The notes below the pieces were generated by a model. It did not search any database. It was given only the letters and a program-made list of their open reading frames with translations, and had not been told where the DNA came from. The translations under genes were made by a program, and so were the position numbers. Positions 10,290-20,251 of a DNA stretch of 64,000 nucleotides are shown one piece after another; within the stretch, counting starts at the first letter, position 1, and every line of letters begins with the position of its first letter. The stretch covers positions 476 through 64,475 of the forward strand of contig CALNWS010000019.1 of assembly GCA_940747215.1 (NCBI GenBank), read 5' to 3'. This stretch comes from an uncultured Paraburkholderia sp. GTDB lineage: Bacteria > Pseudomonadota > Gammaproteobacteria > Burkholderiales > Burkholderiaceae.

Positions 10290-10502
10290 TTAGGGTTCTA
10301 GTTTTTGCCTCGTGCCGCCTTATAATTGGGGTTTCATAAGATTGTTGTCCAAGCGTCTGCCGGCTGCGTGCAGCAAGTCCGCATCGAGTGTGCAAAGGCA
10401 AACGTCGGGTACGTCGAGAACAATCGGACACCACAAGCAGTGAGAGCGGATCGGCGAGGCGCCACGATCCGCCGCTAACATCTAGAAGGAGAAGGGATTT
10501 TC
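10290..10502 (+). promoter_or_regulatory. Putative promoter and structured 5' leader of the rml operon
   Basis: A perfect TATAAT lies at 10321-10326 in an AT-richer patch. A hairpin GCGGATCG/CGATCCGC lies at 10446-10472. The RBS AGGAGAA lies at 10487-10493, 9 nt before the rmlB ATG. No -35 box with convincing spacing was found. Confidence 0.3.
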
Positions 10503-11564
10503 ATGATTCTGGTAACGGGCGGTGCCGGCTTTATCGGCGCCAATTTCGTGCTCGACTGGCTGAATGCGTCGGACGAAGCGGTGCTGAATGTAGACAAGCT
10601 GACCTACGCGGGCAATCTGGGCACGCTCAAGTCCCTGCAAGGCGATCCCCGTCACGTATTCGCGCGCGCCGACATATGCGACCGCGCCGCGCTCGACGCA
10701 CTCTTTGCCGAACACAAGCCGCGCGCGGTGCTGCACTTCGCAGCGGAAAGCCACGTCGACCGCTCGATCCACGGCCCGGCCGATTTCGTGCAAACCAACG
10801 TCGTCGGCACTTTCACGCTGCTCGAAGCTACTCGCCAGTACTGGAACACGTTGGGCGACGCCGATAAGGCCGCCTTCCGTTTCCTGCATGTTTCGACCGA
10901 CGAAGTATTCGGCTCGCTCTCCGCTACCGATCCGCAGTTCTCCGAAACCACGCCGTACGCGCCGAACAGCCCTTACTCGGCTACCAAGGCGGGTTCCGAT
11001 CACCTCGTGCGCGCCTACCATCACACGTATGGTCTGCCGGTGCTCACTACGAACTGCTCGAACAACTACGGTCCGTACCAGTTCTCCGAAAAGCTCATTC
11101 CGCTGATGATCGCTAACGCGCTCGGCGGCAAGCCGCTGCCGGTGTACGGCGACGGTCAGAACGTGCGCGACTGGCTTTACGTCGGCGACCATTGCAGCGC
11201 GATCCGCGAAGTGCTCGCGCGCGGCACGCCGGGCGAAACGTACAACGTCGGCGGCTGGAACGAGAATAAGAATCTGGAAGTCGTGCATACGCTGTGCGAC
11301 CTGCTCGACCAGTTGCGCCCGAAGGCGGGCGCGTCGTACCGCGATCAGATCACCTACGTGAAGGACCGTCCGGGCCACGACCGCCGTTACGCGATCGACG
11401 CCCGCAAGCTCGAACGCGAAATCGGCTGGAAGCCGGCGGAAACGTTCGAAACGGGCCTCGCCAAAACGGTTCAGTGGTATCTGGACAATCAGGCATGGTC
11501 CGACGAAGTCGCTTCCGGCGACTACCGGAAATGGGTTGAGACGAACTACGCGCAGCGCGCGTAA
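10503..11564 (+). CDS. rmlB: dTDP-glucose 4,6-dehydratase
   Basis: 353 aa. [16 protein letters not shown]...[14 protein letters not shown]...[10 protein letters not shown]... has the classic RmlB motifs. Confidence 0.95.
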   Translation: MILVTGGAGFIGANFVLDWLNASDEAVLNVDKLTYAGNLGTLKSLQGDPRHVFARADICDRAALDALFAEHKPRAVLHFAAESHVDRSIHGPADFVQTNVVGTFTLLEATRQYWNTLGDADKAAFRFLHVSTDEVFGSLSATDPQFSETTPYAPNSPYSATKAGSDHLVRAYHHTYGLPVLTTNCSNNYGPYQFSEKLIPLMIANALGGKPLPVYGDGQNVRDWLYVGDHCSAIREVLARGTPGETYNVGGWNENKNLEVVHTLCDLLDQLRPKAGASYRDQITYVKDRPGHDRRYAIDARKLEREIGWKPAETFETGLAKTVQWYLDNQAWSDEVASGDYRKWVETNYAQRA

Positions 11565-11574
11565 AGGCACGGCA

Positions 11575-12468
11575 ATGGCACGCAAAGGCATTATTCTCGC
11601 GGGCGGCTCGGGCACTCGCCTGTATCCGATCACGCACGTTGTATCGAAGCAGTTGCTGCCGGTCTACGACAAGCCCATGATCTACTACCCGCTGTCCACG
11701 CTGATGGTGGCGGGTATCTGCGACGTGCTGATCATCTCCACGCCACAGGACACGCCGCGTTTCGAAGCCATGCTCGGCGACGGCAGCCAGTGGGGCATGA
11801 ATATCCAGTACGCGGTTCAGCCTTCGCCGGACGGGCTCGCACAGGCGTTCATCCTCGGCCGGGACTTCGTGGCTAACGATCCTTCGACGCTGATTCTCGG
11901 CGACAACATCTTCTACGGTCACGACCTCGCGAAGCAGCTCGATCGCGCGAACCAGCAGGAAGATGGCGCAACCGTCTTCGCCTATCACCTGCACGATCCG
12001 GAGCGCTACGGCGTGGTGGAATTCGACAAGCAGTTCCGCGCGTTGTCGATCGAAGAAAAGCCGCTCAAGCCGCGCTCGAATTACGCGGTCACGGGCCTCT
12101 ACTTCTACGACAAGGAAGTGTGCGACATTGCCGCGGACATCAAACCGTCACCGCGCGGTGAACTCGAAATCACCGACGTGAATTCGCGCTATCTGTCCAA
12201 GGGCGCGCTGAACGTCGAGATCATGGGCCGCGGTTATGCCTGGCTCGACACCGGCACGCACGATTCGCTGATCGAAGCCGCCACCTTCATCGCCACGCTG
12301 CAGAAGCGTCAGGGTTTGGTGGTGGCGTGTCCCGAAGAGATCGCGTTCCGCCGTCAGTGGATCGACGCCGAGAAACTGCTTTCGCTCGCCAAGCCGCTTG
12401 CGAAGAACGCCTACGGGCAATATCTGCAAAACCTTCTTACGGATCAAGTTGCATGGCCATCCAAGTAA
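11575..12468 (+). CDS. rmlA: Glucose-1-phosphate thymidylyltransferase
   Basis: [44 protein letters not shown]...[15 protein letters not shown]. Confidence 0.95.
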   Translation: MARKGIILAGGSGTRLYPITHVVSKQLLPVYDKPMIYYPLSTLMVAGICDVLIISTPQDTPRFEAMLGDGSQWGMNIQYAVQPSPDGLAQAFILGRDFVANDPSTLILGDNIFYGHDLAKQLDRANQQEDGATVFAYHLHDPERYGVVEFDKQFRALSIEEKPLKPRSNYAVTGLYFYDKEVCDIAADIKPSPRGELEITDVNSRYLSKGALNVEIMGRGYAWLDTGTHDSLIEAATFIATLQKRQGLVVACPEEIAFRRQWIDAEKLLSLAKPLAKNAYGQYLQNLLTDQVAWPSK

Positions 12469-13004
12469 CCGCTACCGCGCTGCCTGAAGTCAAGAGCATC
12501 GAACCCAAGGTGTTCGGCGACGCGCGCGGCTTTTTCTTCGAAAGCTTCAACGCGAAAGAGTTTGCCGAGCAGGTTGGAACGGCCGCCGAATTCGTGCAGG
12601 ACAATCACTCGCGTTCGGCAAAGGGTGTGCTGCGCGGCCTGCACTATCAGATCCAGAATGCGCAGGGCAAGCTAGTGCATGTGGTGGAAGGCGAGGTGTT
12701 CGACGTCGCCGTGGACATCCGCAAAAGCTCGCCGAACTTCGGCAAGTGGGTGGGCGTGACGCTCTCGGTAGATAACCATCGGCAACTGTGGGTGCCGCCG
12801 GGTTTCGCGCACGGTTTCGTCGTGCTGTCCGAATCTGCGCAGTTCCTCTACAAGACCACCGACTACTGGTTTCCCGAGCACGAGCGCAGCATCGTCTGGA
12901 ACGATCCGGACATCGGCATCGAATGGCCGATCGATTTCGAGCCGCTGCTCGCTGCGAAAGACGCGGCCGGCAAGCGTCTCGCCGACGCCGAAGTTTACGC
13001 ATAA
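12453..13004 (+). CDS. rmlC: dTDP-4-dehydrorhamnose 3,5-epimerase
   Basis: [33 protein letters not shown]...RGLHYQ...[11 protein letters not shown]. Overlaps the rmlA end by 16 nt. Confidence 0.93.
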   Translation: MAIQVTATALPEVKSIEPKVFGDARGFFFESFNAKEFAEQVGTAAEFVQDNHSRSAKGVLRGLHYQIQNAQGKLVHVVEGEVFDVAVDIRKSSPNFGKWVGVTLSVDNHRQLWVPPGFAHGFVVLSESAQFLYKTTDYWFPEHERSIVWNDPDIGIEWPIDFEPLLAAKDAAGKRLADAEVYA

Positions 13005-13015
13005 GGGGCCGCTGC

Positions 13016-13954
13016 ATGAGCGCACAGGATGCCACGCGGACGATTCTCGTCACCGGTGTGAACGGCCAAGTCGGCTACGAGCTCGCGCGCACGCTGCAAG
13101 GGCTCGGCCATGTCGTGGCGGTGGATCGCTCGCGGCTCGACCTCTCGAATCTGGATCAGGTTCGCGCGGTGGTTCGCGAAGTGCGTCCCGCGCTGATCGT
13201 CAATCCGGCTGCCTACACGGTGGTGGATAAGGCGGAAGAGGAAGTCGAACTCGCTATGCGCATCAACGGCGAAACGCCGGGTGTGCTCGCCGAAGAAGCG
13301 AAGAAACTCGACGCGGCGCTGATCCATTATTCGACCGACTACATCTTCAACGGCGAGAAGGAAGGCGCGTACGTCGAGGACGATCCCACCGATCCGCAGA
13401 ACGTGTATGGCCGCTCCAAGCTCGCGGGCGAAGAAGCGATCGCCGCTACCGGCGCGAATCATCTCGTGCTGCGTACGAGCTGGGTGTACGGTACCCGCGG
13501 CAAGAATTTTCTGCTCACCATGCTGCGTTTGGGCGCGGACCGTCCGGAATTGAAGGTGGTGGCGGACCAGTTCGGCGCGCCCACGTGGTGCAACACCATC
13601 GCCACGCTCAGTGCGCATCTCGCTGCGCAGTCGTTTGCCACGCAGGACAGCGCCGCGTGGTGGAGCGAGCGTTCGGGTGTCTACCACCTGTGCGCCGGCG
13701 ACTCGACTTCGTGGCGCGGTTTCGCTTCGGCCATCTTCGAACTCGCGCACGAGTCCGGTCTGATCGCCACGCAGCCGCGCACGCTACCCATTCCCGCTTC
13801 CGATTATCCGACGCCGGCAAAACGTCCTTCGAATTCGAGGATGTCCAATGAGAAGCTCGCGCAGGTATTCGGACTCGCGGCACCGCACTGGCGCGACGCC
13901 TTGAAGCTGTGTCTGATGGACGCGTTCCCGCGTTCGCCTGCTGCACGCGCCTGA
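13016..13954 (+). CDS. rmlD: dTDP-4-dehydrorhamnose reductase
   Basis: ILVTGVNGQVGYEL...NPAAYTVVDKAE...YGRSKLAGE...RTSWVYG is the RmlD signature. Confidence 0.93.
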   Translation: MSAQDATRTILVTGVNGQVGYELARTLQGLGHVVAVDRSRLDLSNLDQVRAVVREVRPALIVNPAAYTVVDKAEEEVELAMRINGETPGVLAEEAKKLDAALIHYSTDYIFNGEKEGAYVEDDPTDPQNVYGRSKLAGEEAIAATGANHLVLRTSWVYGTRGKNFLLTMLRLGADRPELKVVADQFGAPTWCNTIATLSAHLAAQSFATQDSAAWWSERSGVYHLCAGDSTSWRGFASAIFELAHESGLIATQPRTLPIPASDYPTPAKRPSNSRMSNEKLAQVFGLAAPHWRDALKLCLMDAFPRSPAARA

Positions 13955-14200
13955 AATGGCGCACGCCTTCACCTGCGGTACGCTCTGCGCCTTCGCTATC
14001 CTGACGATCGTGAAAGGGCGCGGAGGTAGAATAATTCCGGGTCCGGAGGGAGGTGTCATAGGGCGCGGCTTTGCAAGCGCGTACGGCAATTTAGACGCAA
14101 AAGCACGCAAGATCGCGCGAATAGCCGGTTTTATGGGTTGTGCTGACTAACTAACTGTGGTCAGTCGATCCCGTAATTAATACGGTACTGAGAGGGCTCT

Positions 14201-15616
14201 GTGAGTTTGTTACCGATCATTCTGTGTGGCGGTGTGGGATCGCGGCTCTGGCCGGTTTCGCGCGAGTCGCACCCGAAGCCGTTCATTCGTCTCGCAGACG
14301 GCGAAAGCCTGCTGCAAAAGGCGTTTTTGCGTGCAGTCGGTTTGCCCGGCGTGAAGGAAGTGCTGACGGTAACGAACCGCGATCTGTTCTTCAAGACCGA
14401 AGACGATTTTCGCGAAGTGAACGCGAAAGGCTGCGCCACCTCGTTCATTCTGGAACCGTTCGGACACAATACCGCAGCGGCAGTTGCTACGGCCGCGTTG
14501 CACGCGGCCAGGGTGCACGGCGACCAGACGGTCATGCTGGTGCTCGCCGCCGACCATCTGATCGCCGACCAGACCGCGTTCGCGTTGGCGGTGGCGGAAG
14601 CCACGAAGCTCGCGCAGGCGGGCAAGGTGGTCACGTTCGGCGTACATCCGGAAACGCCCGAAACCGGCTACGGCTACATCGAGGCGGACGGCGACAAGGT
14701 GGTCGCGTTCATCGAGAAGCCGTCGCTCGACAAGGCGCGCGAGTATCTGGCCTCGGGCCGCTTCGTCTGGAATTCGGGCATGTTCTGCTTCGCGGCGGGC
14801 ACGATCCTGAAGGAGATGCAGCAGCACTGTCCGGACATTCTCGCGGCGGCGGCGGACTGCATGGAGAAGTCGCCATCGGCGGCGGGCAAGGACGGCGCGC
14901 AGGTGCGGCTCGAACCGGCTTCGTTCGGCGCGGTACCGGAGCTCTCGTTCGATTACGCCGTGATGGAGAAGTGCCGGCAGGCGGCCGTGGTCCGCTGCAA
15001 CATCGGCTGGACGGACGTGGGTTCGTGGACGGCGCTGAGCGACCTGTCGCCGGCCGACAGCAGCGGCAATCGCGTGGAAGGCGAGGCATTACTCGTCGAC
15101 GTGAACAACTGCTACGTGCGTGGCGGCGAGCGGCTGATCGGCGCGGTGGGAATCAACAACCTGATCGTGATCGACACGCCCGACGCACTACTGGTGGCGA
15201 AGCGCGACCGCGCGCAGGACGTGAAGCAGATTTTCGCCGAACTCAAATCGCGCGGCCACGAAACCTACAAGGTGCATCGTAAGGTGCACCGGCCGTGGGG
15301 CACGTATTCGGTGCTCGAAGAAGGACCGCGTTTCAAGATCAAACGCATCGAGGTCAAGCCGGGCGCGAGTCTCAGTTTGCAGATGCATCATCACCGCAAC
15401 GAACATTGGGTGGTAGTGAGCGGCATGGCCAAGGTCGTCAACGGAGAGCGGGAATTCTTCGTGTCGACCAACGGATCGACCTACATCCCCGCGGGACATA
15501 AGCATTGCCTCGAAAATCCGGGCGTCGTCGAGCTCGTGATGATCGAAGTGCAAAGCGGCGAGTATTTGGGCGAAGACGACATCGTCCGCTTTGAAGACAT
15601 TTACGGACGTACTTGA
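14201..15616 (+). CDS. manC: Mannose-1-phosphate guanylyltransferase / mannose-6-phosphate isomerase (type II PMI-GMP)
   Basis: 471 aa from a GTG start. LPIILCGGVGSRLWPVSRESHPKPF... is the N-terminal nucleotidyltransferase domain. ...RPWGTYSVLEEGPRFKIKRIEVKPGASLSLQMHHHRNEHWVVVSG is the C-terminal cupin domain. Confidence 0.92.
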   Translation: MSLLPIILCGGVGSRLWPVSRESHPKPFIRLADGESLLQKAFLRAVGLPGVKEVLTVTNRDLFFKTEDDFREVNAKGCATSFILEPFGHNTAAAVATAALHAARVHGDQTVMLVLAADHLIADQTAFALAVAEATKLAQAGKVVTFGVHPETPETGYGYIEADGDKVVAFIEKPSLDKAREYLASGRFVWNSGMFCFAAGTILKEMQQHCPDILAAAADCMEKSPSAAGKDGAQVRLEPASFGAVPELSFDYAVMEKCRQAAVVRCNIGWTDVGSWTALSDLSPADSSGNRVEGEALLVDVNNCYVRGGERLIGAVGINNLIVIDTPDALLVAKRDRAQDVKQIFAELKSRGHETYKVHRKVHRPWGTYSVLEEGPRFKIKRIEVKPGASLSLQMHHHRNEHWVVVSGMAKVVNGEREFFVSTNGSTYIPAGHKHCLENPGVVELVMIEVQSGEYLGEDDIVRFEDIYGRT

Positions 15617-15617
15617 G

Positions 15618-16436
15618 ATGGATATCAGTTTTAGCAACGAGACCGAAAATCTGACGCAGCACACCGAAACCGACGACCTGCTCGTCGGCATGAAATCGGT
15701 GCGCGTGTGGGGCACGCTCGGCTGGCACGACATTCGGCAGCGTTATCGCCGTTCGGTGCTCGGGCCGTTCTGGTTCACGCTCAGCACGATCATCATGGTG
15801 GTGGTGCTTGGGGCGTTGTACTCCACGCTGCTGCATCAGAAGATTTCGAATTACCTGCCGTACCTCGCCGTGGGCCTTGTGGTGTGGGCATATCTCGCGG
15901 CAGTGGCGAACGAAGGCTGTCTCGCGTTCATCGGCGCGGCGTATCTGATCAAGCAGATCAGGCTGCCGCTCACCATTCACGTGTGCCGCATCGCGTGGCG
16001 CAATTTCGTGATCCTGCTGCACAGCCTGCCGGTGGTCGTGGTGCTGCTACTCGCATTCGGGCGCTGGCCCGGCTGGGAATTCCTGCTCGTGCCGTTCGCG
16101 CTCTTCATGCTGCTGCTGCACGGCGTGTGGCTCGGCGTGTGGCTCGGCGTGCTGTGCGCGCGCTTTCGCGACATTCCGCCTATCGTCACCAACCTGATCC
16201 AGGTCGTGTTCTTTTTCACGCCCGTCATGTGGTCGCCGGAAATTCTGAAAGACCGCGCGTGGGTCGCCGAATACAACCCGCTCTACCATCTGATCGAAAC
16301 GGTGCGCGCACCGCTCGCCGGCCGTCCGACTCACTGGGAGTCGTGGGCGTGGTCGATTGGTCTGTTAGTGGTCGGCTTTGTGTTCGCGCAACTGCTGATG
16401 AAACGTTTCCGTAATCGCGTTCCTTACTGGCTTTGA
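15618..16436 (+). CDS. wzm: ABC-2 type polysaccharide/O-antigen export permease
   Basis: 272 aa. WHDIRQRYRRSVLGPFWFTLS is the ABC-2 signature, followed by 6 hydrophobic segments. Sits immediately upstream of the ATPase. Contains an in-frame 12-bp tandem repeat (GVWLGVWLGV). Confidence 0.88.
   Translation: MDISFSNETENLTQHTETDDLLVGMKSVRVWGTLGWHDIRQRYRRSVLGPFWFTLSTIIMVVVLGALYSTLLHQKISNYLPYLAVGLVVWAYLAAVANEGCLAFIGAAYLIKQIRLPLTIHVCRIAWRNFVILLHSLPVVVVLLLAFGRWPGWEFLLVPFALFMLLLHGVWLGVWLGVLCARFRDIPPIVTNLIQVVFFFTPVMWSPEILKDRAWVAEYNPLYHLIETVRAPLAGRPTHWESWAWSIGLLVVGFVFAQLLMKRFRNRVPYWL
16121..16151 (+). repeat. 12-bp tandem repeat (about 2.6 copies of CGGCGTGTGGCT) inside wzm
   Basis: Read directly: cggcgtgtggct cggcgtgtggct cggcgtg. 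It is in frame and encodes GVWL-GVWL-GV within a predicted TM helix. Confidence 0.9.
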
Positions 16437-16440
16437 TATT

Positions 16441-17217
16441 GTGAGTTCTTCATCGATTATTGCTCGTAACATCTCGGTCGAATTTCCGATTTACGAGAAC
16501 TCCCATCGCTCACTGAAAAAAGCGGTGCTCAATCTCACGACGGGTGGCCGCATCGGCCAGGACGCCGGCCGCCATGCGATCGTCCGCGCGATCGACGACC
16601 TGAGCTTCAGCTTCACCGAAGGTACGCGCGTAGGTCTCGTCGGCCATAACGGCTCGGGCAAGACCACGCTGCTGCGCACGCTCTCGGGTGTCTATGCGCC
16701 GGTGCGCGGCGAACTCAAGGTGCAAGGCAAGATTGCCTCGCTCCTCGACGTCTCCATGGGCCTCGATCCGGACGCAACCGGCTTCGAGAACATCTATCTG
16801 CGCGGCATTCTCGACGGCCTGAAGCCGGCGCGTATCCGCAGCAAGATCGACGAGATCGCCGACTTCAGCGAACTGGGCGATTACCTGAATCTGCCGGTAC
16901 GCACGTATTCGAGCGGGATGATGCTGCGCCTCGCGTTCGCCATTTCCACGAGTGTCGAAGCCGACATCCTCATCATGGACGAGTGGCTGAGCGTGGGCGA
17001 CGCGGAGTTCAGCCTGAAGGCCGCGCAACGCCTCGAGAGTCTGGTGGGCAAGGCATCGGTGCTGGTGGTGGCGTCGCACGATCCGGCGCTGGTGGCGCGG
17101 GTGTGCAACCGCAAGATCCTGATGGAACAGGGCAAGATGATTTCCGACGAGCCTGTGTTACCGCCAGTTGAAAGCGAAGGTCAGCTCGTCAGCCAGTCTG
17201 CGCATTTGCCGCATTAA
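16441..17217 (+). CDS. wzt: Polysaccharide/O-antigen export ABC transporter ATP-binding protein (short form, no C-terminal carbohydrate-binding domain)
   Basis: 258 aa from a GTG start. Walker A GHNGSGKTT, signature YSSGMMLRLAF, Walker B ILIMDE. Only about 40 aa follow the NBD. Confidence 0.88.
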   Translation: MSSSSIIARNISVEFPIYENSHRSLKKAVLNLTTGGRIGQDAGRHAIVRAIDDLSFSFTEGTRVGLVGHNGSGKTTLLRTLSGVYAPVRGELKVQGKIASLLDVSMGLDPDATGFENIYLRGILDGLKPARIRSKIDEIADFSELGDYLNLPVRTYSSGMMLRLAFAISTSVEADILIMDEWLSVGDAEFSLKAAQRLESLVGKASVLVVASHDPALVARVCNRKILMEQGKMISDEPVLPPVESEGQLVSQSAHLPH

Positions 17218-17294
17218 AGACCGCGCGAGCGGCGAGCCGCATAAAGAGCGGCCCAATAATAACAGGATAACAGGCGCAACAAGGTTCGAAAGTC

Positions 17295-18677
17295 ATGCGA
17301 GCTAATCATCCGTTTCTGCGGTATTCCGAATCCGTGCTGGTTCGCCAGCTGTTCCGCACGCTCAAGGGTTTCGCGGGCGGCTATATCGCCTATCCGATCG
17401 CCGAGAGCCGCGAAAAACGCAGCGTGCGTCCGAAGATCGAGGAATTGCGTCAGCACTACATCTTGCCGATGCCGCACCGCAAGCGCATCGCGCTGGAGCG
17501 GCTTGCCGCCATGCTCGAATTCGCCGGCGCCAAGGTGCCGTACTACCGCGATCTGTTCCAGGCAAAGCAGTTCGATCCGGCCAAGGTCAAGGACGATCCG
17601 CGCTATCTGGAAGAGCTGCCGTATCTGACCAAGGACATCATTCGCGAGCAGGGCGCGCGCATGTTGTCGGCACCGCTCGAAGCTGGCCGTCATCACGTCT
17701 GCAAGACGGGCGGCTCGACGGGCCTGTCCACCGTTATCTACTACGACCAGGAAGGCGCGGACTATTCGTCGGCCGTCACGTCGTACGCACGTGAGCGCAT
17801 CGGCAAGCTGCGTCATCGCTCGGAGCTTCACTTCGCATGCCGCTTTCCGGATCAAGTGATTCCGGAGTGGCCGTCGCGCGAAGACTTCAAATGCTTTGCG
17901 ATGAACCGCAGCAACATTTTCTTCGACCGGATCGACGATCAGGGCCTCGAAGAAATGTGGCAAACGCTCAAGCGCCGCAAGCCGTATCTCGCGCACTCGC
18001 ATCCGTCCACCATGTACGCGCTCGCCTGCTACGTGCAGCGCAAGTACGGCGGCGGCAAGGCATTCCAGGTATTCGAATCGAGCGGCGAACTGCTCGAACC
18101 GCACGCACGCGAAATAATCGCGAAAGCGCTGTGCTGCCGCGTGATCGACCGTTACGGTCTCGCCGAACTCGGCGTGATGGCCTACGAACTTGACGGTCAC
18201 GAAGGCGGCTTCCAGATTCTCGAATCGGAAGGCTGGCCGGAAAGCCGCGTGTCCGAGGGTAATCCCGAAGGCGCGCACGAACTCGTGTTCACCGGCTTCC
18301 GCAACAGGCTGATGCCGCTCGTGCGTTACGCGACCGGCGACCTCGCGCGCGTGCAGGAAACCAGCAAGGGCTTTTATCTGACCGACGTGGTGGGCCGCAT
18401 TCATGACATCGTGCCGATCAACGGCGTCGCGCATCCCACGCACCACATTCAGGACATGCTGGATCACCGCGTCGGCGGGATTCAGGAGTTCCAGATCGAT
18501 TTGCGCACGTCGCCGCCCACGCTGCGCATCGTGCTCGAACCGCACGCGAATGCCGACGAAACGACGGCCAAGCTGCGCCACTTCTGGCAGGACGCGTTCA
18601 CGATTGCCTACATCGGTCACGACGATCTGGTGCGCATGGGCAGCCGCGCGAAGTTCCGTCACGTGGTGACTGCATGA
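17295..18677 (+). CDS. Adenylate-forming enzyme of the phenylacetate-CoA ligase / F390-synthetase (PaaK, 'CapK'-type) family
   Basis: 460 aa, uninterrupted. P-loop-like KTGGSTGLS (the T/S-S-G-S/T-T-G adenylation motif), ...YATGDL..., and a C-terminal ...GSRAKFRHVV. Embedded in the glycan operon, with a stop/start overlap to the next gene. Confidence 0.65.
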   Translation: MRANHPFLRYSESVLVRQLFRTLKGFAGGYIAYPIAESREKRSVRPKIEELRQHYILPMPHRKRIALERLAAMLEFAGAKVPYYRDLFQAKQFDPAKVKDDPRYLEELPYLTKDIIREQGARMLSAPLEAGRHHVCKTGGSTGLSTVIYYDQEGADYSSAVTSYARERIGKLRHRSELHFACRFPDQVIPEWPSREDFKCFAMNRSNIFFDRIDDQGLEEMWQTLKRRKPYLAHSHPSTMYALACYVQRKYGGGKAFQVFESSGELLEPHAREIIAKALCCRVIDRYGLAELGVMAYELDGHEGGFQILESEGWPESRVSEGNPEGAHELVFTGFRNRLMPLVRYATGDLARVQETSKGFYLTDVVGRIHDIVPINGVAHPTHHIQDMLDHRVGGIQEFQIDLRTSPPTLRIVLEPHANADETTAKLRHFWQDAFTIAYIGHDDLVRMGSRAKFRHVVTA

Positions 18678-20251
18678 TTGGCGTTGCCTACCAGCATGCT
18701 TCGACGCAAGCCGGCCAGCTCGTGCTGGCGGCGCTGCGCCGTTCGGTCAGCGCTACGCAGGCGCAAGCCGTCTCGCGCGGCATGCTGCGCCAGAGCGCGG
18801 CGGACGTCGTGGTGGCCGTCGACGCGCCGGACGGCTGGAGCGCCGACTTGATCGCGTGGGTGCGCGCGCGTCCGCGCAAGCTGGTAGTGTTCGGCCATAT
18901 GCCGATCGCGCTCGCCGAATATCTCGGCTATCGCGCTGCGAACGCGTTCGCGGAGCTGGAGGCGGCAAGCCACAGCGCGCCGGCGCTTTCGCGTGAGTCG
19001 CGTGAAAGCGCGGCGGCGGTGCGCTACGGCGCGCTTGCGAAAACGCTCGGTGGCGACGCATGGGATCGTCCGTTCGAACGTTTCGATTTCACCGACGAGT
19101 GGAACAACCTAGGCTACGGCGCCATTCGCGGCGACGGCTCGATCTGGGCCGTGGGTCAGCCCATGAACGTGCCCGCCGACGCCGAACTCGCGGCGGTGTG
19201 CATCGACGGCGAGCGGCGCTTTTCGTATGCCGCGCTCTCAAACGTGGGTGGCTCTAGCGTGCTGTGGTTCAACCGCGCGGTGGGTCCGTGCGATTCGTTC
19301 GAATGGCGCCTCGTCGAAAATTTCCTGTCCAGTTATCACGCAGACAGGCTGCCCTGTCAGCCCGTGCTGAGCGAGCTGCCGTGGGGCTACGACGCGGCGA
19401 TCACGTCGCGGCTCGATTGCGACGAAAGCGTCGAGGCGTCGCGCCCGCTGTGGCAGGCCTATCAGCGTCTCGGCGTGCCGTTCTCGCTCGCGGTTCACAC
19501 GCAGAATCTGAGCCGCCCGGAGCATCACGCCATTCTACGCGAGCTTCTCGCCAACCGTGAACGGGGCGCCGTGCTGTCGCACACCGCAACGCACGTGCCG
19601 AATTGGGGCGGCTCGTATGAAAACGCGCTCGCGGAAGCCGCGCAGTCGGCGAGTCTGCTCGAAGCCGTGACGGGCGTGCCGGTGCGCTACGGCGTCTCGC
19701 CGTTTCACCAGTCGCCGCCGTATGCCATGCGCGGTCTTGCCGACGCCGGTTTCGAAGGCTGCGTGGGCGGCATCATCCGCAACGATCCCGAGTTTCTGAG
19801 CGCACGCGCGGGCACACTGGCCGACATGCCCGAAGGTTTCGTCGCGCACAGCCAGCAGTGCATGTTGCACGGCGAATGCATGCTCGGCAAAGACGATCCG
19901 CTCGCGGTGTTCAAGCAGGCTTTCGACTACGCGTACGCCACAAACACGCTCTTCGGCTATCTCGATCATCCTTTCTCCGAGCGTTACTCGTACGGCTGGA
20001 CCGACGAAGCAGAGCGCATCAAGGCACACGAAGACTTCATCGCTTACATGCGCGGCAAGGCGCGCAGACTACTGTTCCTGCACGAGGACGCGGCGCTCGA
20101 CTTCCTGCGCGCCCGCTCGCTCACACAGGTGGTCGGCGCGAACGGAGACTTCGAGATCATCACGTCTGCCGGCGACATCACGCCGCTCACGCTCGGCGTC
20201 GAATATCGCGGCGAACTCACACCGGTCGAGGCCGGGAAGCCGCTGCAATGA
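18674..20251 (+). CDS. Two-domain protein: unknown N-terminal domain (about 230 aa) plus a polysaccharide-deacetylase-like (CE4/NodB-like) C-terminal domain
   Basis: 525 aa, uninterrupted. ITSRLDCDES (Asp-Asp/Glu-type metal motif), VLSHTATHVP (HxxxH-type motif), YGVSPFHQ. The assignment rests on motif resemblance only. Confidence 0.5.
   Translation: MIGVAYQHASTQAGQLVLAALRRSVSATQAQAVSRGMLRQSAADVVVAVDAPDGWSADLIAWVRARPRKLVVFGHMPIALAEYLGYRAANAFAELEAASHSAPALSRESRESAAAVRYGALAKTLGGDAWDRPFERFDFTDEWNNLGYGAIRGDGSIWAVGQPMNVPADAELAAVCIDGERRFSYAALSNVGGSSVLWFNRAVGPCDSFEWRLVENFLSSYHADRLPCQPVLSELPWGYDAAITSRLDCDESVEASRPLWQAYQRLGVPFSLAVHTQNLSRPEHHAILRELLANRERGAVLSHTATHVPNWGGSYENALAEAAQSASLLEAVTGVPVRYGVSPFHQSPPYAMRGLADAGFEGCVGGIIRNDPEFLSARAGTLADMPEGFVAHSQQCMLHGECMLGKDDPLAVFKQAFDYAYATNTLFGYLDHPFSERYSYGWTDEAERIKAHEDFIAYMRGKARRLLFLHEDAALDFLRARSLTQVVGANGDFEIITSAGDITPLTLGVEYRGELTPVEAGKPLQ

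Noticed and set aside
16441-17217. Wzt with a C-terminal carbohydrate-binding module that would recognise a methyl or phosphate chain cap.
   Set aside because: The ORF ends about 40 aa after the nucleotide-binding domain, and no CBM-sized extension exists in any frame.
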